A stretch of 64,000 nucleotides of DNA from Kudoa neothunni (taxonomy: Eukaryota > Animalia > Cnidaria). Under the pieces are notes generated by a model. The model was not told where the DNA came from. It saw only the letters and a list, made by a program, of their open reading frames with translations, and did not search any database. Numbering within the stretch: the stretch's first letter is position 1; each line of letters opens with the position of its first letter. This document shows, one piece after another, positions 1 through 13,418 of the stretch. The translations under genes were made by a program, and so were the position numbers. The stretch is taken from contig OZ199838.1 in NCBI GenBank assembly GCA_964304625.1, forward strand, positions 13,927,002 to 13,991,001. The letters run 5' to 3'.

Positions 1-3000
1 TCGCTGTATTGGGTGTACTTTGTTGAGTAGCGATACTAAAGCAACAACAATGAGATTGCTGCGAATCTTTTAATCTTTTAATTTCGTCGTTCTGTTCAAC
101 AACAGTGCTACGTAGTTTGATTAGTTGTGAATTGATAGTATCAATTTGAGAGTTTAATTCATGTAGCGAATCACTGACAGTGTTGAGAAATGGTGAAACA
201 AGATTCTTCAACTTGAAGAATTGTTGATGGAAATGCTCCATTGTTTGGTCCCCATTAGTCATTGCTCCAACAGCTGACGTGTTAGCATTGCTAGTTCTAC
301 TTTTGGTGGTAGTAGTGATATCAGTGTGGCTCGGATTGAGACTTATATAGGAAGAATCATTTGATGTAATATTTCCAAGATGACCGTGGATAGGGGGGGT
401 TTGATGTAAAGGAGAATTTTTATCGGTAAAACTATCAAAATTTTGATCTGGAATGGATTTGGTGGTGGTATTGTCAGCATCAACACTAATCAACACATGG
501 TGATCCTTAATGTGCTGGATCAGTTGATGAATGTACTGAAATATCGTTTCATCTTTCTTTTTGGAACAATCATTCCAACAGCAAACATAAGCCACTTCGC
601 TATTGTCCATATTCTCAATGATGTTTGCTGATGAACGTTTAGGCGAAAATCGATGAATTTTCATAATATGATCCAACGTTTGATCGTTGGTTTGAAAATG
701 GGTGTTACAATTATCCCATTTACAAATGCAGCTGAGAGTGTCCACCTGTGGCTCATAAGTGGTTGAATGAACCTGACGTTTGGCGGGAACTGAATAAGAG
801 TTTGAATTACCAGTTGTATCAGCAGATGAGGTATATTGAGAAGATTTTGGGGTGGATATTGATAGAATTGATTTTCTATGGGTGGATGAACGACGTTTTT
901 TGTTGCCAGTAGCGCTAAGTGTGGAATCATCATTTCTAACTTCCGAGTTAGGTACACTTGCTCGCTTTTCGTTAATCTTGAGAACCTCTTTAAGCAGAAA
1001 AGGTGAGGGTACTTTGTAGATTTTGTCTGTGTCTTCTGATTTCAAAGAAATGCACTCATCATAAATCATATGAGGATGTGAATGGATTTTATTTCGAAAG
1101 GGTTTGCTCTTACGTATTTGGTTAGTTTGTAGGTTGTATGATGATTCGCACAGAAAAACGTCAGATGCATTATGCAAGATTGGATATCGAGAGTAGTAAT
1201 AATTGGGGTGGATTACAAAACAATTCGAATAGATACAATCAATATTTTGTATCACTTCCATGTTAGTTTTGAACACTTCGTTAGGGTAGAACATTCGAAA
1301 AGCTGTGTGTTTGAAATCGTCAGGAAAATACAAAATAATAGCTTTGAACATGTATTGGCCCTGCTTGTCCTTCCAAATGTCGATAATTTTGCCAACAGTG
1401 AGTTCATCTTCTTTATCGTAGAGATAGACATATTGATCTTTGCGATAGAAGGTGTCATTCCAAGCAACTTGAAGGTAATGAACTAGGCCATCATCACTCG
1501 TCAATCCTGTTGTGATATCTTTAATTGAACGAGCATTGTTAATCGTAAGAGAATTTTTCAAGTTAGAGACATCGTAGGTATGTATATTTTGAGATTTTCG
1601 GTTGGTGGCTTCTAACGTAACGCAGCGATTGAAACGATCGGCAGATTTAATTGCTTGATCATGAGTAGGATCTTGGTTAGTCGACGATTTTGAAAAATTT
1701 TCAATAACTGGTGCAGGAGGATTCACAAAAAACTGATGGATGAAAAAGTATTCGTCCGATTCATAGCTGTAAAAATGATCGTAAAATGACACATCGGTGT
1801 AGGTATTAGGCAGAAGCATGTGGAATGGAGAGTAAAAGATATTATCAACTTTTGATTCAATTTCAGTCACTGGATAAATCACGAGATGATCAGTCACAAT
1901 CAACTCCTAGTTTACTAATCAAAACACCACAAAGAACACGCTTATAAACATACCGACTTAAAATAGTTGCGGGTGTATTTTCGAGGTAAATCCACATAGT
2001 TCTTTAATGGAGAAACAACACAAATCTATAATCATTATCGAAATCACTCTCAATACTAACAGCAAATAACTCTATCTTCTTTAGTATCCTCAAGAAATCT
2101 TAACAGCAACCAAATCTCATCGCTGTTCCTATCAGAAAACATTCGTTATTTTAGATGGATACAATTCGTAAGAGTTGAGATCAGTAACGATTTTCGCACA
2201 ATTGATTAAATAGTTTAAAATAATTTAAAAAAATACATAAATTATATCAAGCTTCGTTTCTTAACTCAAATCATGATCATATAAATTCAATGTGAAATGA
2301 ACGTCACATTTAACTTTTGCAGCCAACAAAAATAACTGTGATAAAAGAAACTCTTAAATATTAAGACAAAATTTAATAATATTAGAAGAGTTTTATTATA
2401 TAATTACATTTCATGTTTAAAATATTTTCCTTATTTTTATCAAGGCTATTCATAAAATAGCTCTATTTAAAGTAGAGTTAAGATTAAATTATGGAACAAA
2501 ATTCTCTCAGAGAATCTATTAATATTTAACTTAATATACATATCGTACTTATTTCGAATGTTTAACAGTTCAAATTTTAACTTTAACATTTTTCTATAAA
2601 TAATGCTATCGAATAATTTATTTAAATGATAATTATTCTACAATATATCAAGAAATTGAGGGAGAGATAAATTCAAACTTATGCTTTTGTTAGAGTAGGA
2701 AAGATAAAAGAGCGTCAGATCAGTTACTAAAAATTCCAGTGTAATGTATTACGCGGTGTGGATCCCGCATTCTCAATTCGAAGTCTTGTACAAAATGTTG
2801 TATCTTATTTAATATTGTAAATAGAGAATATATTTAGAATCGATCATAATAAATGAGAGTTTAGTGGTGCATGCGAGGAAACAAATTATAGACAAATCAA
2901 TATGAAGTGGTCGATTTTTGGAAGAATATAAAAAAATTCAGGTTGGTGAAATCAAATTGTGCTTAAAATAAGGAGGAAATGGTAATTTGGGGGATTTTCG

Positions 3001-6000
3001 GGTAAGGGGAATACCTTATTCTGTATTGGAACGGAAGGGTTAATTATATAAGTGTAGAACGTGAGCCCATTGAGGATGTTATTGTATTTTTTGCTAAAGT
3101 TGTGCCATTTATCCGTGAATTGTTTTAGATGACGAAGGAATGGAATAACAAAAAAAGCTTCTATGCATCGTCCATAGAAATGACTAATGTAGAAAATGTA
3201 AATTTTTCTGCGTATTGTACTAAAAATATTTTTTTGAGACATTCTTGACTTGGATACGTAAAACCAACATTTATTGGAATAATGTAAAACAAATATCAAC
3301 CAACTCAAATTTTACATATTAAATGCAAAAAACCTGAATAACAATAATGCGGAATTTTTCCAGCAATAAATATATAGACAAAACTTATATAGGCAAGCTA
3401 GGTAACCGATAATAGATCAAATAAAAGTAATAGGATTATGGTTTATCGATGAGTCAAATAAAGAATAGTTTAATTTTGTAGCTTAATTATTTATTGTGTA
3501 ACTATGATGAGCCAATTGATTTTAACGGCCAAAAGTGTTGCTTTAGAACAAAAAGTATGCGATTTGGTTACTGAAAACATTTAGCCCAGTCAACAAAAAA
3601 ATATAACAACTTCATTCTCACAGCGTCTCCCTTTCGATATGTATTCAATCCAATGTCTACACCGTCAAAGTAGTCTTGGACGAATTCAATTCCCTATTAC
3701 AACAAAATTTTCACACATATATCACTTTTTTTCCTATCATAACGCATACTCTGTAATCTTTGTAATTCTGACACAAAGGAAGCGTAGTAATGTCAGCTGA
3801 GAAATAGTTCTCGAGAAGGTTAACTCGAAGAGCAACAGGATAACGGAAGGGAGCAGTATTCAGCTGACTATTCAAAACAGGTGCATTAAAGTTGTAGGCG
3901 TTCGTATCGAGACCAGAAACTAATTTATCCCTGGCATCAATAAACTGACGCAATAGTTCAATAACGTCTTGATGCGGCTAATAATAATAACGATTACACA
4001 CGTTCATTAATTATAACAAACTGCCGAATGAAAAAATATATATGTTCATACCTCAGTGTAGACATTGGTTGTTGATCTTACGTGAGAACAAAGATCAACA
4101 AAATCATTTTGAAAGGTTTCAAAGCTTGTGTATATATTCTAAATTAGGTCAAGTTACACAAAAAGTGATTGATTCGTTAGTTGGATGTAACATTACATTA
4201 ACAACACAAAAATTGATAAGATCAAACGTTATAGATCTTTTGATAGTTTCGGTAGGTTTCTCAATAACTTTCTCCACGCAAAAGCACGTTAACGAGTAAT
4301 GAAAAACATGACCAGTTTGGTCCTACAGCCGTCGTTAGTCTTGAAAAATTAGCAAACAATACCTCATGATTTAGAACACTATCCCACACTGCTGTGATAA
4401 AATTCAATAATTTGGTCAACGGCTCCATTTTCGGCGTGTGCTTTGCTAACGAAACGTTAACTGAAATTTATTATACCACATATTTACTCAAATATGGGGT
4501 TATAAAGCGGTACAATTGATAATGAAATAAAACAGCATCCTACAATGATATATATATACATATATATAATATAGACATGTGAGTTATAGTCAATGTAAAG
4601 AAAATGAATTAAAATTAGCCAATATACCTCGTAAAAATTTAAATCCGTGGGATTCTTCGAGCAAAAGTTATCCAAAAATGAATTTATCTCATCAAAAGCA
4701 TCATACACAGTGGTGTTCTAATAAAAATGCAATTAGCATTTCTTCCTATTTCAAATTAGCGGAAAAAATTATACACTCAGATTTTTCTTGATATCATCTA
4801 AAAGCTAAATAGGATATTATTTCGAAAAAATCAACAAAAATCAATATTACTTTATCTAAATGTAAGGAAGGCAAAAGGCGCTTTCCGTTGGTATCCTAAT
4901 TTTTTGCTGGTAAAAACATACATGAAACAGCATAAATACAGCAATCTCGGTAACAAACACCAGCAATGATTTAATAGCTTGTTTCTCCGTCGCATTCACG
5001 TCCAGATAAGATTGACTCTCAGGAAGAAGCTCAATGGGATCAATTTCTGTGAATTTATCCGTGCCATCAAGGATTTGTTTTAACGCTAGATTTATCAGTT
5101 GATGTTAACTAGTGGTCAAATCAAGAAATAACATTTTAATTGAAATTCTTCGAGCAACTTATTCTCAATTGTAACAACATTCTAAATAATTGATGAAATT
5201 AAAATAAATGGCGTATAATAAACTACTTTTTGCATAGGACTGTTTCTGATGGTTAAACTTTTGATGTTGTTGATCAAGAGTTTAAAATCGCCAAGAAATT
5301 GTTCATAATTTGAGTACTAAATTCACCCGTGTATATTTAATTGTCTTAAACTTGTTTAAAGTACAATAGCACTCGCGAATAATTTAAAATTCAATATCGT
5401 TAATTCAGATGCTTTCATAAAAAATATAGATTATTTTTCTGTCTTATACATAAATGATCAAGGTGCTGATGATAACTAAACAATATAAATTTTTAAATAT
5501 TGATCATAGATACGGAGAAATGTCTCTACATATTAGATTTTAAAACTGGTTGTCTGTAAGTGCAGCGAATACTAATATAGAAATAAAGCGCCTCGTTAAT
5601 GCGAACCTCGAAACCTTTTAACTGCTGCAAATCTATAAATCTAATATCTAAAGAAATAAAAAAATTAGTACAGATTAATTAAATTAGGGGTTCTCAACCG
5701 GGGACAAATATTAAATTGCATGGTGTAAATCAAGTAACATCAAAATTGGATAGGGGCAATTTTTGCATAATGGGGTTTCCGACACATTTAATGATTTCTA
5801 CGGAATTATATTATTCGGGGTTATTAATCTAAATTAATATGTTGGTCGAAGTGATTGAAACGTTTGTAGGAATAATTAACAACATTTTATAAAATTATAA
5901 TCAATCTCTTTCTTTTATGGCTCTTTTATCTTTTGGAAATGTAGCCTAATAATAATACGTAAAATGACTATTTTCGTGGTAACTAATATTTATGCGTCAC

Positions 6001-8836
6001 TAGTTTTGACTATCTTTAATTATTTCGGTTCCTCAGTTTCGCTCAGGAAATCAAAAATAATTAAATATAGCAGATTCTAAATAATTAAATCCGTATATAG
6101 CTTGTGATTAAGGGCTGATGGGATTAAAAGTTGTCAGTACGCAAACTTACATGCCTTTTAAGACAAGGCTGCTAGGGCTTGGGGGTTTTTCATTTTTTTA
6201 CAAAATCTTGGGTTTCTATTGAAGAAATTTAAATATTGAATAATAAAACAATTTTTTTAAGTGCGATATTAATATTTATATTTTTAATAACGTATCCTAT
6301 TTAGGTTATGTCATGCAGGGTTTAAACATTTATGATATTGACTGACAGCACGTTAGATTGTTTCACGTTACACGATTACATAACTATTCAGTAAACATTG
6401 TCGCACATTATTAGAAAATTTAAACGTTATTTCGAAACAAGTCTTGAACTATGAAGTAATTAATTGTAAGTATATTTGTCTATACTAGACTCTAAGTACG
6501 AGTGGGCGTTCGCGCCAAAAAATTTCAACAATACGACAAGAAATTTAAATTTAATATTTGAATTCGTAATTATAGAACGGGAAGAAGATTAAAAATGTTA
6601 ATAGATAGAATTCTATGTTTTTTGTATGTTAAAATAGCGTCTTTCATTTAAATTTGAATTTTGTTATCATCCATTCTTGGGTTTTTAAATCCTTCTAGCA
6701 ACCATGCTTTAGGACTAGAATTTACACTGTAAATAGCCTCTGCCATAGCTAAAACAATACAAAGCCTTAATGTAAATATGAATTTGGTTTCCAAGTTAAG
6801 GAGGTAATTTAGATTTTTAATCAGGTCAAGGGAGTAAATTTGAAAAAACGGTTGAGAACCCCGGGCATACAGGACAACTATAACCTCTAAAATACAGCGT
6901 ATGCGAGGGAAATAAGATTACACAACTTTCAACCTCATATACAAATATTTCCTTAAATACGATTAATCAATAAAAATAGCCGAGAATTTAACCAAACCTA
7001 TTATCTGTTATCAATAATATTTGGGATTTGGAGCAAGTTAGATATACAAATTGATAATGAACGAATTCAACGATACACGCAGAAAATTAATAGATTAAAA
7101 GGTGTGATTGATCTTAAGTAGAAAATTCTTAACATAATATTTGAAGTAGTGCACACAATTCATATTGAATATCGCATGTGGCTTATAAGGACTGTATTTT
7201 AAAATTAAATCACGAGCACTTTTGTACTATACTAATTTGACCGTAAGTACTTTGAAACGTTTCAATCTTTTGAATATGGTAGACATATCGATGGGGTGCT
7301 CAATAACTTCATAATACTCTGGGTTGAGGAATGGAGAAGGACAAAACAAAAAATCATAACACACAAGCATCGAACTTTCGCCATCATTCATCTATTTCAT
7401 AATGTTGAATTGATTTGATCAAAATATGGCTAATAATAGCTACTTTCAAATCACGCAACATCTTATAGACAGAATTCAATTTGGAGTACAATTTTTTGTG
7501 GTTTGAAACGAAATCCTGTACAGAAAAGTCATGCAATTCAAGCTTCTCGAATGAAACGTCTTTTCGGCTCTTATCTTTGTGTTTGGATCTTTTGGATAAC
7601 AGCAACGTTGGCACGTCGAATCTAGAACTTAAGCTGTTGGTGGATTTTCTTGTAACACGTCGTTTGGGAGAAAATGACTGATTTAAATTGGCGGTCGTTT
7701 CTGAGACAGTGGAAGAGGGTGACCATAGCTTTTCCACGTATTTTTTCAGGGTTTTTGCATTCTAAACCAGCCGATTGGTTTAGAATGTGTAAATTCAAAA
7801 ATTCAAACTTTGTGTATATCCGAAGATGGTCGGTTATCTTTCATAACATTATCAAATAGAGTGTTCAAATCGGCCGCTAATTCATCCACAGAATTTAGGT
7901 GACCAGCTTCAATTTTAGCTCTTATATCAGAAAAGGTTTTTGGATATGTGGATACGTCCTCAGCAACACTGTCTGTAACTTCTTTGTCTGAGAGAGTGCT
8001 TCCAAGGTGGAACGATAAAGGGATAGTTTCGCCGTTGGGATCCTCATTTGAAGCAGTATAATTGGTGACATTATCCAGAAAATTATAAAGATTATTTCTT
8101 ATCTCTGAAATTGTATTGGAGTTGCTTTTACGTTTTCTCGCTGGAGATTAAGTATTTAAAAATAGAATATCGAAACAGAAATGGATTTACTTCCATGGGA
8201 AATTGGAGACAACGTGGTCTCTATAAATAGATAATTGTCCACAGCAAATATTTACGAACATAACTACCAGCTTCTAGTTTAATATCAATTTGAGATTCGT
8301 CGGCTAGATTTTTCATATTTGAAACCAGACGTTTACGATTCTTCGAAAGGTATTTAAAGAATTTATCGGCACTCTGTTGCAACCATCATTAGATCAATAA
8401 ACATATATAAAACCAAAACTATTCTAATCAATGTTGTTACCTCGTACAACAATGAAGATGGATCATTGTATATGAGGGCGTTTTTCGTCATCAACTCCAC
8501 GTCGTTAAATAATTCATTCGCGGAACTGTACTTGCTTTTCTAAAAATCAATAATTCACATTAAACGAATTGATCAAATATTTGTGTCTAAAAACCTTGAT
8601 TTTTTTATCGATTTTCACCAAATCAACAGGATTTTTTATTACTTCATAATAATGGGGAAGTTGCTACTCCAAATGCATCAGATGGTCAGTAAATAACAAA
8701 TAATTACCTTTTTTGTGGGTAACCTTCTAAAACTTTCAATCGATGCAATTTTATATTTGACCGCAATCGTTTCTAACTTATTTAATAAATCCTTTAATGC
8801 CAATTCCATAGTGGAAGTTTTTTCTGTGTCAGCCAT
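1..8836 (-). CDS. PBRM1: Polybromo-1 / BAF180-like PBAF subunit: 5 bromodomains, 2 BAH domains, 2 C2H2-like fingers and a coiled coil; 3' end runs off the window
   Basis: Manual splicing from ATG 8836 (MADTEKTST) gives bromodomain motifs FRRLPTKK|QLPHYYEVIKNPVDLVKI...NALIYNDPSS and PEYYEVIEHPIDMSTIFKRLKRFK|YSNYEQFLGDFKLL. A segment resembles PBRM1 BD6 (SVLNHEDQTG...ITFDLI...FQNDF...HQDVIELLRQFIDARDKL). BAH1 is split by an intron (NTYRKGDAVRMK|NSDEIW), and BAH2 reads YRKDQYVYLYD...KIIDIWKDKQG...RMFYPNEVFKT...DVFLCESSY. The fingers are CKWDNC..H..H and CCWNDC..H..H. Exon 1-1906 appears stop-free to the window edge, which is why the ORF track omits it. Long introns are 2129-3610 and 5317-7250. 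Confidence 0.88.
2880..3200 (+). pseudogene. Highly decayed Tc1-like transposase remnant inside polybromo intron 2129-3610
   Basis: Scattered fragments DFWKNI..KKFRL, GGFSGKG and ASMH resemble the Tc1 SDEKKF, VMVWG.FS..G and QQDNAP.H regions. There are many stops and frameshifts. Confidence 0.4.
5685..6864. mobile_element. Non-autonomous hAT-type element in polybromo intron 5317-7250
   Basis: TIRs ggggttctcaaccg (5687-5700) and cggttgagaacccc (6849-6862). No clean TSD. Carries nested elements. Confidence 0.7.
6164..6706. mobile_element. Nested TIR element (MITE); second inverted, truncated copy at about 18961-19546
   Basis: Ends caaggctgctag / ctagcaaccatg with degenerate 8-bp flanks ttttaaga / ctttagga. 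The internal sequence (aaatgtttaaaccctgcatga, taggatacgt.attaaaaatataaa) recurs inverted at 19.0-19.55 kb. Confidence 0.65.
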
Positions 8837-9876
8837 CTATCAACAAGCAACATATTAAAATAGTTGCATTTGGCGTAAAACAAAAAAAGTACTTTGGCGC
8901 GATTATAATTTCTTTTAATCTATGGTATGGCAATACTAATTTTAACAGCACTACAAAGAACAAACGATTCTATTAATTGTGTCACTCCCCTAGGATACAG
9001 AAATTACGCTCTCAACGAAACACGTCGACATCCACACGCCTGCGCGAAGGAAAAATCAAAGTTACATTGTTTTCTAGCAGTATAACAAATTTTTCTACGA
9101 TAAAAGAACATTTTCTAAATAAATACTATAAAGGTTAAATGAAATTAAGAAAATATCTCTTTAGAATTATAAATGGTCGGAATAAATGCGATAGTTTTGA
9201 CCATATGACTTCACAGATAAATAATAAATAAAATTGACGGAAACGAGTTGAGAGATATTTGCAAATGTATTAGATCATAATAGAAGGTATACGTTTTTAC
9301 TGGTTACCCCATCTGCGAAATTATGCTAAGTCAAAGGGCCGCCATTTCTATAATCCAGCGGCAAATGCTAATTTATTATGTAACAGACTTGTGAAAGGTT
9401 TAGCAGAAACATTGAATGGATTAACATTTTTGTTACATAATAAATAATAATAAGATGGTTAATATGTTTATAGTCTCTTAAAATAAATATTGAATTTTTG
9501 AGGCGGGAAGATAACAATAATCACTCTTAAAGTATTTAATGTTACACTTTTCCTGTATTTATATTTCTTAGGTTAATGTGTTTTTTATTGTTAGATGAAG
9601 CGTTTTTTTCTTAATTCAATTAAAATGTGATCAATTTATCCTTTTTTAAATAATACGAATATGTAACATTGTGTTTACTATTGGTTTTCGAACATTATAT
9701 TTTTTTATACATAATTAATTGCACGTATGAAACGTGGTAAGTCAGTAATATTTACGACAAATAAAACTTTTTGATATAATCCTAATCTTATTCATGGATT
9801 GAAAATTATAGACGATTCATAAATCATATGATTGCTATTCTTCGTTAAGATTTTTTCAAATACCAGAGCAAGTGAA

Positions 9877-11313
9877 ATGAGATTCCAACTTTATAAAATA
9901 ATATATATTATATCCTTATCTTATTCCCTAAATGGTAATTGCCACATTAAAGTAATCAATCTATCTACTTATTAGATCCAATTTTACCATCCTACGAAAG
10001 AGATGAAGGTGATTGGCCTATAGGTGCTACTAAAAGCATGAACAACGTCATCGACCGTTGGTTTATTGATATCAATGACGCTAAATGCAAACCTCTAGAA
10101 TATCGAGGTATCAAAGGGAATTATAACAATTTTGCATCCAAAGGACTTTGCGAAATGCACGGTATGTCATATATTAAAAGGTGTCATATTAAGATTCTCT
10201 CAAGGTAGGTTGACCGAAAGAGAAAAACTTCAGGGATGTAAAAAACCAATGCATCCAGGACATTGTGTTAAAAATTCCCAAACATCACAAAAGTACTACT
10301 TTGATCAAACAACTGCCAGATGCGAAACTTTACATTATAATGGGTGTGGTGGAAGTTTTAATAGATATGAAACTGTCACTGAGTGCTATCTTTATTGTTT
10401 AAGTAACCTTCATTAATCCTAATTTGATAAATTATTCAATACCTTAAATTAGATAAAAAGAATGGAGGACTCACAAATGCTGATGATAAAAAAATAAGCA
10501 GTCTTGAGAATAATGACAAATATTTGGTGCCAAACACTTTGGACTGTACACTAAGACCCGATGTTAAAGATAAAGATCCAAGCACTGCCATTATTGCCGA
10601 TACCAACAACAATAAGTGTGCTTTTGCTGCTGCATCAATAGATTCGAACACAAGAGGAACGTTTGGCTCGTTTGCTGAATGCGTCACTACATGTTTTCGT
10701 ATGCTAAATATTTGATTTCGTTATTTTTATTTTTTTAGCACATTCCAGCACTGCTGGCATCAGCGGTGATATAACTGCGAGAAATAAGAAAGTCGCTGCT
10801 TGTGAGGGTACTCCTTTTCAACGTGCTAAATCTGGAACAGAAGAACAAAATACAATTTTTAGATATTATTATGACACTAACACAAAAGTATGTAAGCGCA
10901 TGGAGAGTTGGCCCATTCCTAGCGGGACAGATGAATTCAATCGTGAGCAAAATGACTTCCCTACAATGGAAATGTGTCATAGTTATTGTGGCGCTGGTAC
11001 GAATTGATTTTCATTTTGACATAAAAAATCATAATTAAAATTTATATTAACTAAAATAATTATAGAAGGCTACAAGAAAGAGATAAAAATCGAAGAAACA
11101 TGTACCTTAAATAAAGCAGGTGAATGGTCTAGTGGGAATTTTAAAGAAAAAAGATTTTATTATAGTTTAAGTGAAAAAAAATGCAAATATTTTTGCTACC
11201 AAGGATATGGTGGAAACTCTAATAACTTTAAAACAAGTGAACAATGCCAAAAGATATGTGGGGACGTCTATAACGAAGACGAAAAAGCTACAAATGAAGA
11301 TGGAAGCTGTTAA
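9877..11313 (+). CDS. Secreted multi-Kunitz/BPTI-domain protein (5 domains, 6 exons)
   Basis: Short hydrophobic N-terminus MRFQLYKIIYIISLSYSLN, then five Kunitz-like units: RWFIDINDAKCKPLEYRGIKGNYNNF; CKKPMHPGHC...YYFDQTTARCETLHYNGCGGSFNRYETVTECYLYC; CTLRPD...NKCAF...FGSFAECVTTC; CEG...RYYYDTNTKVC...NDFPTMEMCHSYC; CTLNK...RFYYSLSEKKCKYFCYQGYGGNSNNFKTSEQCQKIC. All five short introns keep frame. Stop TAA at 11311-11313. Confidence 0.88.
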
Positions 11314-11584
11314 CTGTCGATTAAATATAAAAACCATAATTAATTATCACATGGATGAAAATTATTTTTTTGAAAAAATTTTTAGTCAAATTTTTCCCAA
11401 ATTAATATAAAAATCGCGTCATTTAATAAGTACAATTTGTACAATTAATTGAAAAAATAAACAATAAAAAATCCCACGTCTACATTTATTTCAACCAATA
11501 TAATATCTTCTAAAAAAAGTGAATATTTCATGTTCTAATATCGTATCTATATAATTCCTATGTGCATTACTGTTTTTATAAAAA

Positions 11585-13406
11585 TGACACAGCTAAAACT
11601 ATTCGGAGAGTATGCAATTCTCGATTTCAACTAAACCGTCGATTTTATCAGGGTGGTTTGAAGTCTATTATTCCGTAGTATGTTGGAAGGAGCGCATGAA
11701 TAACTATGGGCAGAAAAAGAAAAATTTGGAGAATTATATAGAGGGATGGGTTGATTTAGAATTTATCGAAAATGAGCTTCTTTTCAAATATTACATGTTA
11801 AAATTACTTTCAAAACAAACCGAATTCAAGAACATTTTGCGTCATTGAAGCAATACTCAATAGAAGAGTCATTAAAGCACGTCTTTCCTTTGCCTGTTTC
11901 CTCATTCAGAGATCGCAAAAATCAAGAAGTGGAGGTTTACCTTGTTTCAGCTGTAGTTTATGATGGACTAACATTTATAACAATAGATGCTAATACTGGA
12001 CTTAGAAGTTTTGTCTCAAAATATTTCTTTACAGCGCAGCGCGTTCACTTTCTAATGGTAGAAGTTTGGTTGATAAACGCCTATTTACATTATCTGAAAA
12101 AGCGTGGCGGCTTTGATCGTTATATTATGGTTTGTTCGATATTCATTGTTAATCGACGAGTCTCCCGATTTCAAAAATAGATCAATGTTTCACGTTCTCG
12201 TTTGCTTCTATGATAAATCAAGCCAGTAGATAAACATTTATGTTGGACACCACCATAATAACCGAATATAATTTAGTCATTACTGCAGGATATGTACCGG
12301 AGTTTTTGGCGAGATAAACTTGAAGAAAGGAATTGTTTAGCGATAATATCAAACTCTGCTTCATACATGAAAAAAATATTAAAGAGTATTTCGTTGATGC
12401 ATAAGAATATTATTCGGATACCCTGCTCCTCTTACTTGATTTATCTTTCTGTCAAAATAGTTGTTGATCAAGTTTTCCTAACAGTGAAATTTTTCTGCAG
12501 GAAATTCTCCTCGCTTCGTACCAAAAACAGGGCTGTCAAAACAAAGTTTACTTCGCTTCTTAGAAAAAATAATATATACGATCCGAAAGAAATACCAGGA
12601 GTCAACGATTCAAGATGGTATAACTTATATAATTGTATTGAAGTAACATTGAATTATTTGCAAGCGATCCTCGATTCCTTTGTTAAAGAAAATTCTGAAA
12701 AAATCGAAATTTAAAGATCTAATTAACCTAACAATAACACTCCTTAACGAATTTTTTTCTTTATTTTCGTATAATCCATTCAACTCTCAGTTCTATTTAT
12801 AAATTTTCCAATTTTATTGGAGGCGATACTGAAACGTCTATCATCCGGCTGTTTAATTTTCTTCCCTTTAATTTTCAGAGGGATACGTCTGATATGATTT
12901 TCTCTTAAGAAACTACTTTGTAACGTGGCCACTTAATGATAGGGATAGAATATATTAAGTATTTATCTGTCTTATTAACATATTAAGTTTAAATTGGAAT
13001 GAAATTATAAAAAATAATATTGTCTGATGTTTACCATCGGATACATTCATTCAGACAGTAAGTAATATTAGCCTTTCGAAAAACATAAATTTTAATTCAT
13101 TAATTCCCAGCGATCTGACCCATATTTTTGGGACTGAAGAGAAGGCGATTTTTGAGGAAGAGCATAATTTTATTGTAACATTCAGGAATACTTTGAACGT
13201 TAATGATGGAAATTGAAAAAAAAAAGATTTTAGAAATGCCAACTTGGTCGGCAATTTTTATGGATGTTTTAAACATATCATTGTCTTCAATCGAGGTGGA
13301 AAAAAGTTTTTCTGAGATGAGACATGTTCTTTCAAAAGAGGGAACATCGTTTCCGAAAGAGAAAACCCTCGGTGATATCTCGATTATATCACTATGTGGA
13401 AATTAA
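11585..13406 (+). pseudogene. Decayed hAT-superfamily transposase
   Basis: Fragments FITID, IISNSASYM..IPCSSY (D-NASYM / C..H region), SRWYN (RW motif) and C-terminal SSIEVEKSFSEMRHVLS (hAT dimerisation-like). Multiple stops and frameshifts. Confidence 0.72.
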
Positions 13407-13418
13407 AATATAATTATA

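Noticed and set aside
443-1486. Plus-strand ORFs 443-631 and 1172-1486 and off-frame minus ORFs
   Set aside because: They are antisense or alternate-frame shadows of the long polybromo exon 1-1906.
3568-3700. Apparent end of a separate bromodomain-only gene at a TAA near 3568
   Set aside because: The exon begins a BAH domain that continues in phase at 2128 via a GT-AG intron, so I treated it as one gene (short isoform noted as a finding).
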